From Takakia lepidozioides (taxonomy: Eukaryota > Plantae > Bryophyta), in the NCBI GenBank assembly GCA_030704615.1, contig CM060731.1:65968001-66032000 (forward strand): 64,000 bases of DNA. Reading direction: 5' to 3'. How positions within the stretch are numbered: the stretch's first letter is position 1; every line of letters begins with the position of its first letter. This document shows, one piece after another, positions 14,137 through 29,100 of this stretch. The translations under genes and the position numbers were made by a program. Below the pieces are notes generated by a model that was given only the letters and a program-made list of their open reading frames with translations, was not told the DNA's origin and did no database searches.

Positions 14137-17100
14137 CTAGACTAAAAGGTTTACAAACGGCTCCCAAAGCCGGAGCAGACCATTACGAGCTCCACTACAA
14201 ATACGGCCTCGTTCCACATCTGAAGCCACACACCTCACCTGCACCGCATCTCATCTTAGTTAGTTATATTGCAATCCATCTTTCTGTCCACAAATGGCAG
14301 GACACCCAATCTGAGAACAAGCTGTGCTACATAACTAGTGATGTAGGATTCTCACATCGGCATCCCAAGCTTCTAAGCTCCTCATTCATAAGGAGACATG
14401 TCCTGCACTGCACTCTCTGAGAATTGACCCATGCAAAAATTGCAGTTTACCACAGCAGCACTGCGAGGTGGCGTTCGCAGCAACTGCCAGGCAGCGCAGT
14501 GAGCAGCAGCAGGGTGTTTCTCAGGTCGATGAAAGAGTGACATGGAATTATCGGCTGCCCCTACTGCCAGCCACCGCTCTCCTGCTCTGATGCTCAGCAC
14601 ACTGCCAACATGTACTCCCTCCACAGTGCTGGCACAGCGAAATGCTCCTGCAAGCATTAGTGTAAAGACCCCTGAGGTCAATGATCATTCAGACAAGACA
14701 ATAGCCCTCTTAAACCTTAGAGCTAATAGCCACATGTAAACCCTTCAGTTAGAATTTGCTTCAATTGTGGAAAAAGACAAGTTCATGTGTCAGTTCAGTT
14801 ACGAGTTAGATCAGCCAATTGAGCCATCTGACCACGTATACCAGCCTGATGTGCACCATTCCTGAGGACAAAGACGTGGGGTCAGGTGAGGAATGAGTGC
14901 TCTAGTTTCACTAGAAAAAGCTGAGAGAAGTGAGTGCTAATCCCACTAGGCGAAGCCAATCCAATTTCACAAGCACGATTGTTAGCAGCTGCCAATGGCT
15001 GGAACAACACAGTGAGCAACATCAGCGGCAGAGAAAACAGCACACCTTCCTTCCGCTCCCATATGCGTACCATCCCATCTGCAGAGCCTGCATAAGGAAA
15101 CAAATGAAATGAAATGGTGCTTTATAACGTCCGCGGAAAGCTCATAGAGCTTATGTCACAAACAGACAGTCACATTAGCATTCCAGACTTAGCCATTGAA
15201 ACATTGCAAAGATAGGAGATCCAAGCAAATTATTTGCAAAGAGGGCAGGACATTACCTGTGATGATGCCATTGTCATCCGCACAGTACTCAACAGAGGTG
15301 ATGGCGCCAGCATGGCATGCCAGCACTGTATCACATGCACCACGGGACACAGACCAGACACGTGCAGTCCAGTCATCACTGCCTGTGATGATGGTGTCGC
15401 CGACCATACGCAATGACCTACAATCATCCGAACCAAAGTGGTGCAATTTATCTTGTGCATGACATTAAGACACAAACTTCCAACTGTGCACAGCGACTTT
15501 TATCTCTAAGAATCTGGACTTTCCATGACAACTAATGCTTCAAATCTTAGTCATCTGCAAGACATGGTACATATTACAAAGTAAAGAAACCCTACCAAAA
15601 GAAAGTACACCGATAATTGGCAGATTCTCATGGATGGATGTTAGATTGGGCACTCTCGAGGTACCCAATTCACAGTAACACAGCTATTAAAGGACTGAAG
15701 CTGCATTATTACTTCTGGTGTCTTCCAGAGCTCCAAACCATACACAACTATGTGAGCTCTTCTAGCCAAACCTAACTGAAGCAGTGTCATCAGGTGTGGC
15801 CAGTCTGAAACATTTTACAGGGATCCATTTGTGACATGGATGGCACTTGCATCTGGATATAGAGTAGGCCTCCTCACCTGATCCACTTGCTGTGTCCCAC
15901 CAGCGTATGCATCTGCTTCCCTGCACGGACATCCCACACATTTCCCACCCTGCTCCTTCCAGGATGAGAAAGTTCCGGAGGATCAACGCAATCTCACCAC
16001 TTTTGTCAATGTCAGTTCCATCCTAATTACAAGAAAACGCCCAGATTTTCTAGCCAGACTTCTGCCTGGCCTAGCTCCTTCCCTTATACTCACAAGAAAA
16101 TGCCCAGACTCTTCTAGCCACAAAGATTTCTGCCTGTACCCTGTACCTAGTTCCTCAATTGAGGGCGGGGTCTAGTGTAACCCACTTCCATCTTAACCAC
16201 CCCTTCTCCACTACCTAGCCTCTCCCTGTCTGCATGCCAAGGCCAGTGATATACCCATCCACACCCGCAGCAGCCAGCACGCCTGTTGTGTCATCATAGT
16301 CCATGCACAGCACAGCACTGGAGTGACGCCCCACAGTAGCCACACAAGTATCGGTGCGCACATCCCACATCTTTACACTGCCATCATGTGATGCAGTGAG
16401 CACACGCTCCCCCGACAACATTCTCACACAGCTTACCTGCATGGACACAGAAATAACTCATGCTTTCAAAATCCATTTCCTTGCATCTCAACCATCTGAT
16501 TGAACCGGCTCCAACATGCCTGTTCATGACCATTCCTCCCTTCTGCGTTTCTGCCCTTTGGAGACAACGGCATCACAGTCAAAGCAACAGGGTGTTCTTC
16601 AATTTTAATGGAGAGTCTCTAAGAAAGGTAAGTAGCATAATGGCCAACACTTGATTGAGCCTGCTTCACAGGAAGGCATTAAAATGGTTGGCTGAATGTC
16701 CATGCACAACCAGATAATGAACTGCACAAAAAGCAGAGACATATAGGTGAGCAAGATTGATTGTCGCAGACTAGAGATTGCAATTTTGAAAGAATCAAAC
16801 ACCCACGAAAGAAATCAGATGACCCAGGATAGTGGAGCTAATGCTCTCTCTTGATGTGTGACTTGCTGTTGAGTGGGTCATCTGTTTTCTTTTGGTGGGT
16901 GTTTCTCTAGTCTGCGACAATCGCCATCAAGGGCCAAAGACCTCAATTTGGTGGTTGCAGTCAAGATTAGAGATGAAACAGCCAATATGCAAATAGCCAA
17001 ACTGAATAATATAGTATGCATCTAACAGGAATCGTAACGATGCTATGTGCAAATGAGGCAAAAAAGTTAGATCCAGAGTGACATTCACCATGCAGGCTCT

Positions 17101-20100
17101 TGCTCTACCTATCATACCCCATGCAAAGTACCTGGGAAAAATCCTCAGTCCCCTGCAAAGAGCAACTTGCTAGTGGCACAAACTGAATTGAATTGGCAGA
17201 TAGCCGACTTCAGAGCACTGGAGGAAGGGCTTACTTGCTAAACAAGCCACAGATATTTCCAAAACAGCTGAAGAGATTCGAAAACGACTTCTGGGGTGTG
17301 ATAAAGCTGACATACTTTGTCAAATCAAGCCTCTTGTCTACCCTTCAGACCCCATTATACCTGACATTTCTTCATTATTAACTACTGCAAGGACTTACGT
17401 AGGTTTCCACTCCAGCCCCTGTAAAATATACACAAAGAACTGCTATGGTTTCCTGTGCTTGCATTTTACATTTGGCCCTCACCCTCATACCCAGAACAAC
17501 CAAACTCCCTCATAGCCCAACAACAAGGATTGATATACCTTCCCATCATGTCCCTTCAGTTCCTCCAACAATTGCGCATGACTCTTATCCCACACCAGGA
17601 CACGCTGATCATCAGAGCCAGAGACTATCCGCAATCTATCTGAGCTGATTGCACGAACTGTCCTGTTTGCAACCAGTCAAAACCCAAGGCATCAGACAGC
17701 CAGAGTGACATGCTGACTAAACTACAAGTACTACACCACATACCACTCTTGGAAACAAGTTGTCTAATCTCTCCTCCATAATCCACAACACCCTGGAACA
17801 GAAGTTAGCAAAACATATTCCTTACTTACAATTCCTCTTATTTCTTCTGAGAAGTGTGAGGCCTGTGCTGGTTGGTTTATTAGTTGTTACTGTAAGGCTG
17901 TGAGGCAAGAAATTTGACAGGCACCTGCCCATTGCTTGGAATTGCTTTGTTCCGATTTATCTTGCAAAGTGAAGTCTTCCCAAATATTACTTCACATGCA
18001 CGATGTCCAGTTTTTTAGGAATCTTGACTAAGGAAAATCTGTGTGTTAAACTAATCTACAAAATCGCTAAAACTCTCCTTCATTGACATGATTGTATAGG
18101 CACTTGAATTAACAAATTAACTTGACAAAAGGAAAAATTACTACTTGCTGCTTGAAGATATGCATTGACACTTTTCGTAATTAGAGGACTAAGTTACTAT
18201 CTGGAAATATTTAGACCTAGCAACTGCCTGCTCACATGCACACATAAACTCAACAATCAGACGAGCTTTCAAACATCATATTCAGACTAAGGCCTTTCAG
18301 ACACTATTTACCCTGGGCTGTGAAAGATGACAAACAAAACTGTCCACCAGTACGAACAGTGGTTCAAGGATTTAGAATTCAGGTTTGGATCCACAACCTA
18401 CATTACCGAGTACAAAGATATCTGGCCAATCAACTAGTGAGTCTCCCAGTGCAGGTTCCACATAGGGATGGGGGCCTTACAACACTAATCACAGCAATTT
18501 TTGCTCTCATGCAGCACTGAGAGGGTCAAGTCATGCCCTCACAACGAGTATGCAGACTACTTGTCCAGCCCTCACCTGTAAGAACATGGAAATGGAAGGA
18601 AGTTGCTGGTAGAAAGGTCTTCAGGCATTATCCATTAATCTGAACCCTTCTGAGGAGGTCAGTCATCTTGTGACAGTATTCAAACCAGCCACACCATGGG
18701 CAGATGGCAAACCAAAATGGTCGATACTAGGTATTCGTCGAAGACCATCACTGTTCAGTGACCACATCCTTTAGTACCAGTTTGTAGCATTTCGAGGGAA
18801 TGGCAACATGACGTATGTGTGATGACCAACCTACTGATATCAAAAGCTCAGCTGATTGGTCAGTAAATCCAAAATGTCTGGCACAGGTTTTCTTCCTGCG
18901 GTACAACCCAAACAGCATTATCACAAGATAATGTCAAGCTGAGGAATACGAAGGTCAGGGTAGAAAGGGTCTTCAATAGAAGAGCCTAGGTCAATATTCA
19001 GTGGCAGCGATTTCCAACACATCTATCTATGAATGTAAGGCTCCACTTGATATAGCAGTTGAAGTTTTAAGGTCTGGCCATTTTTTCCCATCGATGGGAA
19101 GGAGAGTTCGGGTACTGTGTTCTATTCCCTGATGCAGGCTATGTTCTCCCTACAACCTGTCTCAGGTGCCCAAACCAATAAGGTAAAGTGAACCTACTGG
19201 GTGAAGGTAAAATGGTAAGAAGACTCTGAAACTGAGGATCCCCTTGTTCACAAGCCCTCTTCTATTCCTTTCTTACTTAATTCGCCTTAAGAGTAGCAAT
19301 GCATACCCAGTGTGGCCGTCAAAGGTAGCCCGCAGCTCAGATCCCCGCATGTTTGGATCCCACATCTTGATCTGTCATTCCCACACAGGGCACTCTCGCT
19401 TAAGCAGCAACTCGGGGAAAAACTTACTTGAACACTAGTCACAAGACCCTCCCAGAAACAGACCCTCCTAATAAACAGTCCATGCATGGTTGAATGGCAG
19501 TAACAACTGCACCAGTACTGCCTTGGATAATGCCAACAGGGTTTCATTCAGGAGATGCCTCACAAATATCTGTTCTCTAAAGGCCAACAAGTCGTGTGCT
19601 ATGTGCAAGATTCACTATTTGTCCTTCAAAATACTTGGGATGCATTCCATACAAATATCATGATCACTAGAACACCGTAAATCCTTATCTCAAAAAATGC
19701 AACACCCCAGGGCAGGCCAAGCCTTGTCTATTCAAGTGTGTAGACACCTTCATCTGGGAGAAGACAACATCATGCTCACAGAGGAATAAAACTGCACTTC
19801 AATGTTGCTCTTGAGAAAGCAAAGGTGTACTGTAATACATCTTACTCACTTTTTCATCACAGCTAGGAGAAGGTGAGGTTTCTCTCGGTAACCATTGCAA
19901 TGAGGATGGCACCATAATCAAGTAGCTCATATTGTTCATGACATCAGCAAAGACCTGTATCATTGTGAGGAATACGAACTTTGAACATAGCCCACTTCCC
20001 GCTTTCCTACAAGCTAACAGAATTCATTGAGGATGTAAGGTGAGAAAATTTACTACACCCTCAAGAATTTGGGATGGGAGTTTGTACCATACAATCTGCC

Positions 20101-23100
20101 GACCCACTGATAAAGTAGCCTGCTTCTTCACAGTCACCAATCAAATCCCCCATCTCACTTTTAGTGCCTGCGTGCAAGGCAGTCACAGACGCCTTATGTC
20201 CCCGGAGCAAACGTACTCCTGATGGCCCACGCTTCAGGACTGACCCCGGATCCACATTTGGTTGCGGTATGTTTCTGGTACTTTCAATTCCATCTGCCAA
20301 ACCACCTCCAATTAAAGCCAACCTTCCCAACTTTAACCTGCCAGGCCTATCTGCACTGTATCTGTTGCTTTCAGATGTTCTAACATGCTTGAAAAGAACA
20401 GAAACGAAGAAAGGGGAAGGGGAGAGACACTGTAAACAATTATTATAAGAAACATGTCCACAATAGGCCAGGTCTGCTTTGAAGTCGAGAAAAGATATTT
20501 ATAATTACCTTGAAATGGTGGGGCCTATCATGAGCAGCAACTGGTTCACCATTGTAATGCAGCACGCTCTCACAAAGCAGAGGAGGACAAATCCGAGGTC
20601 TTTCTTGCTATAATTCAAAATATGCAGGGACAAAAAAGGTGTTTCATGCATTGTCCTAGATTCCTGGTGGGATGCATTAGAATTCTTCCTTGCTGGCCTT
20701 AGCTGTTCTTTGCGGAGGGAGCAACTTATACTTGCAGTTGCTGGTCTGGGTTGGCCTTCCCAGGTTGTCTTTGGGTATAGCCTGTTACCCCTCTGCTGCC
20801 ATCTCATCCTTGAGGGCTTTCTAGCATCTATGGCTTTTGCGCACAGAGGGCCATGGACAGTGGAAGAACAGTAAAATCGGCATTAAAAGAAAGGCATCAA
20901 CCTTCCATGGGACAAGTAGAATCTTAGGAGAAAACCCATCAAGAGAAAGAGAGATAGAGAGAAAGAGAGCGAACCGAGAACGGCATGACCGCCTCGAGTG
21001 CGACCTGCTGCAGCGGATTGGGCTAGCACAGCACGGTCCCGACTGAACATGCTCTGCACCCAGCTACGACCAATGCCGGCTGCCTCTAATGACGGCTGCT
21101 GGTTCTCATCACTACTGCTGTGATCCTGCTGCTGCATTTGCTGCTGTGAGGGTAGTACTATGGCTAGTTCTGGTAACAGTCCCCAGTATCCCTCGTTGAC
21201 TTGCCGCATGAGGGACAATAAACCCCTCAATTTGATCTGCAGATGAAACAGTGTACCTTAAGACTGCAGGAATCATATATGCCCCAGCTATTGTTGACGT
21301 ATATTGAACAATCCACTAGCAAAGTCAATGGAGTGCTTGCTGCAACTTCCCTTCTGATACTACTCCAATGATGACATAGGCATCAGCTGCAACCGCATAT
21401 CTTGGTATGGGCAGAGTGCAATTGCTAGACATCTGAAAACATTTTGCTGAGTTGTGGTTGGTCACATATGCCTCCCAAACTAATCCATCACTCTCCATGG
21501 ACTGTGAACTAGCAATGATAGCTGGCAACCACAGAAACTTCAAGCATATATAAAGGCAGTCACAGTGGGACCAGTTTGCAGCAAGGCCCTAACCAGCTGC
21601 GTAGAGCCAAGATTGTTCTTCCGCGCAATGGACTCCACAATGAACCAGGCCTTCAGATCTGGCAAGCCCAAGCCAGCCTGCCCAACCCACGACCTCATTT
21701 ATAAACAAAGAGCAAGGAAAGAACACAAGCTGGCTACGCTAATCAAGCCTGCCACCAACAAAGATGTAGAGTAAACTGTCTACTCAGAATAAGGAGACAG
21801 AACATATACACATACCAGATGTTGGATCAAGACCACAAGCTGGTGTGTCACTAAAGCTGCATAGCTGCCAGTTCTGTTGTCACACACACACCAAACAATC
21901 ACTGCGTCAGACTGGCTGCCTGTTTGATTATTATGGCAAGGCTGCTCCTATCTGAAGATCTAAAGACAAGAACAACAGATCGGTCACACACTGTTTCATT
22001 GGTTCATCATATACTCTCCCATTCCTTTAGGATGTGAACGGCGCTTAAGAGGTTTGTGAGAAGGTTGTGATTGCTGACTATCAACAATGTTGTGTTGGAT
22101 CTCTTTACCAAACCTTGTAGTCACGACTTGTTCTTCCATCATATTGATCTCTCTATCTGCTCTATCTCATTAGAGCTATGAAGCCAAACCACAGCTTGAC
22201 GGAGATGCTGTTAATTGAAAAGGCAATGGAAAACATTGGAAACATTAAACATTGGACATTCTTTTGAAACTAAGATGCAAGAGGCCCTAGGGAACAGGAG
22301 AAGGTACTTGCATGTGCAATGGCTAGGACAAGGACAGCCAGGTCAAAATCCTTCCCCTCGAAACAATATTCAGCACTGAATTGCTAATGCAGATGAACAG
22401 TTGCCCATTACAATAAAGGATGCGTAACATGCAGAAACAAGTGGGGATTAAAAGCCAGTTGCAAGAAAGTGCATTGAAATTCTGTCGAAGGCCAATAAGC
22501 TCCAAAATATTCAGGGTCTAGTCATTCAGCCTCAACTTTTCTCCAACCACCAAAAATGAGCTGAAGTTCCAAAGGAGAATGAGGGGGGAAATTGAAATTC
22601 GTACTTGTCAGAGGAAGTCTCCATGCAGATGTCAAAATACCCCTCCCAGAATCTGCAATTTCAGAAGTGTAGCTTCTTAGCATAGCCACTATTGCCACAA
22701 TGCTGAAGACAAACAGCAAAGGGGAAAAAACAGCCACAGAGGTAATTACTGCAAAGTTTTAAGAATAGCAAATCAAACCCATCCAACTGTCTTCAGAGGA
22801 GGAAAAAAAAACGTTGTCTATCTCCAGTTTCTCATGGTTAGCCTGACTGATATTATCAGAGTGAATCAGTACTCTGTAGCACCTACCGAAGTTCATCCCA
22901 CACAGGCAAGGCCCCGAGATGTCTTTGAATATAGTCCTTGATATTTCCTACATCCGTATGATGAACTGCTGCCGCAATTTCCAGTGCATCGCGCAACGTC
23001 ACCATATCATTGCGTGAAGTGGCTCTACTCGCTGTAGTTTTGAACTGCACACCTCATCAAACATAATTGTTGATTTACTGTTTCCAGTATACCATCATAC

Positions 23101-26100
23101 ACATTTTAAATCAAAGACGAAGAAGGCAGCATAACCGTACCAGCTCTTTAACTGCAGTGAATTGCTGTTCCGACAAGTTACACTGCCAGCCCTGCATGAA
23201 GACCCGGACGAATTGTCGTGAGTAAGTGAGCTAGCAAGCACTAAGTAGTTACCTGGTGGCTTCACTAGTCGCAAAATACGTACAGAATGAACGTGCTCAC
23301 TTATGCACTCCACAAATCCGCTCCCTCCGATTCCTTCTGCATCGGATTCAATCAAAGCTGTTCACCCACGCAGAAGAAGACCATTAGAAACAAAGGCAGG
23401 TTTGATTATCACTTTGACAGATTACTTCAGGATTTCTCAGGATATTCTTAAGTAGACTTTTAACCATTCAAGGCTAAATTTGGCTGCACCTATTTTACCC
23501 ATGACAATGTGACTTGTGAAAAGAATGGGCCAGCTAGGTACAGGTGTGCTTGTGAGAATATTTCCTGAGGTACAAGGACTGCCACGAGTTTGACAATAGA
23601 CTGAGCATGAGCTGCTAAAGAGGGCTTCTTGTTTCATGATGGCAGTGACGATTGAGGAAGTTGAGGAAGGTGAGGATCAGCCATCTCCTGCAGGAAGTGG
23701 GAAGAAAGGTGATATCAAGGCCGTACTTGACAGCCCATCTGCCAAGAAAAGAAAAAAAGGGGAATCCAATGTGCTCAAAGCCAATGGGTCCGCAGTCAAG
23801 GTTAAAGCTGCAAAATCCAAAGTAGAGAAGGATGCTGAAACCCTGGATGATAGCGAAGATGAGAATGGCTTTGTTTCTGCTGTTGAGAAGGGGAATACTC
23901 AACCTGAGGCGCATCCCCCTAAGAAAAAGCAAGCTGTTGATAGGTAAGGTTTTATCCCACCTGATGCTTATCCTCTGTCTAGTGGTTCAGAGTTTGACCA
24001 ATACTTGGCCTCACATGACCAATGCATTGCAAGTCTCACTGTATCCCCCTGAACTGCTTTGCCCTGGTTGTTGATTTTGCATCTTGTTCTCTAGCTTCAG
24101 GGCTGGGCTGGACTCTCCAGCACCACCTCAGCAAAAGGATGATGTCAAAACACCCAGTGCCCTCCGTCACGGTGTAGGAGGTGACATTTTGGGAGATCCA
24201 GAAAAAAATTGGAGTCCCCCAAGCCAGCCAGAGGCCAAAAGAGTCACCTGCTATACCAGGCCAGATACCACATAACCACACAGGGTCCAATTGAAATGGT
24301 TATTCTTGCCTAGTAATGTGCCGAATTCGGAAGAAGAAAGAGGATCATCCGTGACACCCAGCAGGAGGAGCCGTCGCCACAAGCCCTGGTGCCAAGTGCA
24401 AATATACAACTTCACCCAGTCACTACCAACACCAAACCAGGTATTTTAAGTATGTCCTTCTGCAATGTGAATACACTTCGCTTCTACTACTGATTCTTAA
24501 GAACAACCCCACCTGCAGCTTCACTTTGATGTCAAGAACCATACGGTCTCGTTCAGCCTGCACAGAATGTGAACAATGGGCACTATAAGTGCATGGCCAT
24601 ACCTTCTCAAGGAACAGACACAGGAAACAACACCTAGCATCAAATGCAACCATGAGAATGACGAAAAAGGGATTTTTTTACTTACAACTCTCTCCATGGG
24701 GCTAAGAGACTCCATCTTTGATACAGCTACCGCCGCAGGAGAAGATGGACTGCATTTGTGATCAGAGTAAGTCCATGTCAAAAGCTTTTTCAGAAAGGAA
24801 CAGAAAGGAACACCCTCTTCCTTGCTCTTGACGCAAACCCACTCCAGCAATATCAAAAAAAAACTATAGCATGTCACAATGCATGCAAGCAGATTTACCT
24901 CGACTTAGGTCTTTCAAGTGCAGCAGTTGCCATAGCTAATGTGGCCTTGCGTTTCTCATCCTGGGCAGGTGTCCTCACACTGGCAGGAAAGCGATCATAA
25001 CAGTGTCTGGACCTGGAAGCTGCCCAGCTCATTCACATCAACCATGTCCCCAACCCAAGATAGGGAGAATCCACAACAGAGAATGGCAAAGACTAACCAA
25101 CGTACCTGGGTTCTCACTGCTTGATTCTGAGACGGTAAAGATCTCAGGTTCGGACGTCAAGACTGGGAGCACAATGCGGGGGTCCTGGCCACGAGCCATG
25201 GCTTCTTGCAGTTTGTCCACCAAATTAGGCCCTGCCTCCACAGATCCATAACCTCTTTCCAAAAAGTCATAGAATCCCTGTGAGCCTATCAGCTGCTCCA
25301 CCTATATCGCAACGCCGCTTGTCCCAAGTCAGAACAGGATAAATGAACAACCAGATGCTCCCTGTTCTCCATATTTACCTACACATACAACCAACCTTTA
25401 TTCCGTATCTTTAAAAGCAGCACAAAACTTGACAAACATAAAAACAAGCTGTACTTGTCTTAAAGAAGAGAAGAACATACCATTGCCTCTGGAGGGCAGT
25501 TGGTAATCCGTGAGCGCTTTTTGAGAAATGCCTGGGTGTTAAACACATTTTCTGCCGTATGGGAATTATCCTGCAAAAAACATCAACGGGTGACTCCAAC
25601 CCGCCACTCTGATGTTTCAACATACAACATCGAATGAACATACACCTTCCATTCAGACATGTTGAGAAAGAACAACAAAGCAGAGATACATGCTTTTTCC
25701 ATGAGTAGCACATGGGATCTTACCACAAAATCGCGATATCCACTCAATATCGAAGCAAAAAACTTCAGAAAGCTAAACCTGCACTGAATAGGAGACACAG
25801 CATCAAGATGACTCCAAACATCCATTCATAGAGAAGGTGGGGAAACACTGTATGTTCGAAAATCTGCTTCCTAAGCCTGTAGCACACATGGCTTGCAACA
25901 GCAGCAGGAACACTTTTTAACAACCCTACTGAACGACATCCCGGTTCCCTTGGGCCCCACAAGCCACACCCACAAAGCGCATCCAACAAACCATACAGAC
26001 ATAAAGAGGGATAATCTGGTCGAAGCACACGCTTACATACCTCAACTCCTGATCATGTTGTTGGCCCCAAGGCTTTGAGAAACGACGAGCATGGACATTA

Positions 26101-29100
26101 GGTGAACGTGCCCAGTCCAGCTGCACCAGATTAGGATGGACCAATTGCAACAGCACCTCACGTAAATGCCCTGCTTCTGGCTCTGGCATTGCTGGTATAT
26201 CCTCTTCTGTGTAGTCCACTCTATTCTTGTCCAGGTCCACCACCACAACCTTTCCAAACGTACATCAATGTGAGAGCCTAGTAAACTCCAAACTCATTTG
26301 ACAGGTACCCTAAGATCAAAAGATAGGCACATCCAAGGTCAAGAAGAGCATTTGAGATGAAAACAAAGGCATGAGGACAAAACCTCAAGGGACAAAAACA
26401 AAAACCAAAAGGGAGGAACCCAGAAAGAATATGGTCTCTTCATTTAGAGAGTCAAGAGAACAATACGACGAGGTAGCCTGGTCTACATGAAGCTGTGGTT
26501 GAAGATATTGTCAAAGATAAATCCAGTATCACCAGGCTTCAGATGCAAGACCACAAAGGTCCTTTGGAATGGGAGTTGGAAGAACCCTTAGAAAAAAACA
26601 AAATAGAAAACAAAAATCATTACAGCCACAAAGAAAGAAAGGAGAGTGACTTATGGGAGTGTACTCCAAGGCTGAAGTTGTACTCCCTCACATAGGCTGA
26701 GGCAAGGCAACATTCTCATGTTCTTACATTCTTGCATGCAGGACCATGTAAGGCAGGACAATTCAAAAAGATGACCAGACTCCAACACCTATCCAGAGTC
26801 TCTCGACACATCACTCCTGCAGAGGTAACAATAAGTGTACAGCCACATAGTTACAAGTGGATCTTGCCAAGAATGTTATTACTCAGCACTCATATATTAC
26901 CTCATATGTCAAGCGCAGGAGCAAAATGCCTATACCAGCATATGCCAGGCATAGCTGCAGTAAGGAGGCTTCCAAGATGCATGAGCCAGCAGTAAAACCA
27001 ACAGGTTGACATCACATTTGAGCTCTCAAAATATGTGCTACATGTGGAAAAGGGCAGCATCATAAGATGACTATTTATTTGCAGACCCTTGTCAACATCA
27101 TGCCATATGCAATAGGAAAGAGGTAATTGACAATATGGCTCAACAAGATGTTGTCCCGTGGCATGTGAAGACAAGGGTAGGCTCAGCATGGGTGTGATAT
27201 CAAAACTTTCAAAACCTATGGAAAGGAAGAGATCACGTCGTCAATGCACGTGCCAGCCTAGGAGCCCTGGAAAAGGGCGAAGAGGCCATGCTGACATCAT
27301 CACACCTGGAATTTGATCATACACTCATTGGGATTCACCTTTGTCAATACGTATGGCAAACGTGGGAGTACGGAGGATTCACCAAGAGGTCAACAGTATG
27401 GCTTAAGGAGATGTTGTTAAGCCTGACTCTTAATATGGATGTGGTAGGGAGGCTTTCAAGATCTACAACCAACTGCAATGAGGGTTGACGTCTTTGTAGC
27501 TTCTCAATGAGTGTGCCAGCATAGGAGCCCTGGAAGAGGAGAAAGACCTCCATGCCCTCATCTCAAACCTCCAGTTTGATCATGTACAAATCTGGAGACG
27601 ACAAGATGCATTACAGATATGGCTGCACGGGTATACGTCAAATGTTTGACAATATTGCAGAAAGAGATATGGTCTCATGGAAAACCATGATAGCCCTACA
27701 CAATAGCATGGGTGGTAAGTAGGGAGATGTCTACATTTACGATCAACTGCAATGGGAAGGGTCAACTCATGTTCGTTCGTGTTCTCAGCAACAGTGCAAA
27801 AGTAGACACTGACATAATCAAGCTTGAATTGTGTTAAATATGAACCTGGAGCCTGCCCTTGCTCAAGTAAATGCAGGAGCATGAAGGATGCAGTCAAGAG
27901 GGCAATGAGACAGCTCAATGGCATGTAGCCTAAATGCAGCAGGCTGGACTAGGAAAAAACAGCTGAAAAGCAGTAAAGAAGATATGAATGGGGCAGCTTA
28001 CTCCATCCATTGAAAGTCCTGCAGTATCCACGCCTGAGTGAAGGCCCATCAGATATGGAGTCGGTGCATCAATGTAGTCCACTCCAGCATAAAAGAGGAC
28101 TGGTATATACACGTGCTGCCAACCAACACAGCAACCAATCAGAAAACTTCAAGCTGGCAACCCCTCCCACTCAACTAAGATTCACTCACCTGCCACTTGA
28201 TGGGATAAATGAGGTGGCAGATTGCCTCCGCCGCCATTGTCAATATTGAATACCTGCCAGTGCATCAAACCACCAACCCCTCATTACCATTGATACAGAC
28301 CCCATGTGATGTTGCAGCATCCAACTGTCAAAACTGGAGAAAAAGCATCTTGATAGAGGATGACATGGGTTCTAGCGCCCTTTGTATGAGTATGTTATTC
28401 ACTTGGAAACTTTGTATGAAGGCATTTGTTTCTGGTGGTTGGCTGAAAAGAGGGTTCTGCCTTTCCAGCCAACACTCTTAATCTGTATGTCTTTTGATTG
28501 ACTGCAATGGTTCTTAGAAGTAGTTGGAAGAAGACTTGCAGCAGAGTATCATTTGCAGCTGTGCAAAGAAAGCAATTTGTTTAGAGACGGCTACAAAACC
28601 TCATTAATCTCTACAAAAGTTAAGATAATCAATATCGCAAGTGAACTGATTTGGTCAAAATAAGAAAGTAAAGCCAGAACTATCTCTGCTCAAAGTACAA
28701 AGGGAGGGGATTCCCACTTGTTGGCACGTAGAAGAATCCGACGTTCGAGTAGTATAGCGGTGAAAAAGCGAAGCACATTGTCAATATCCAGGCACTGCAT
28801 CAGTGGCTCAAATGACATCTGTACAAACCACATTCGGCAAATCAATTAAGCAACACGGCCAGTGAAATTACTCGTTGCAGAGAGGAGATGATGGTGAGCC
28901 ACCTACATCTGCGTGAGGAAACCCATCCTTTGGGGGGGCTTCAACAGAAAGCAGATGATTCTCCACAGCAAATAATACTTGGCTCTTTCCTGGACTTGGA
29001 AAAGGAACAGAGGTAACAACATGGGCAACAATCTCCCATAGTGGCTTACTGCACAAAACAGAAACAGATGGGGGATTTAGAAAGGACCTTAATTCAGGTC

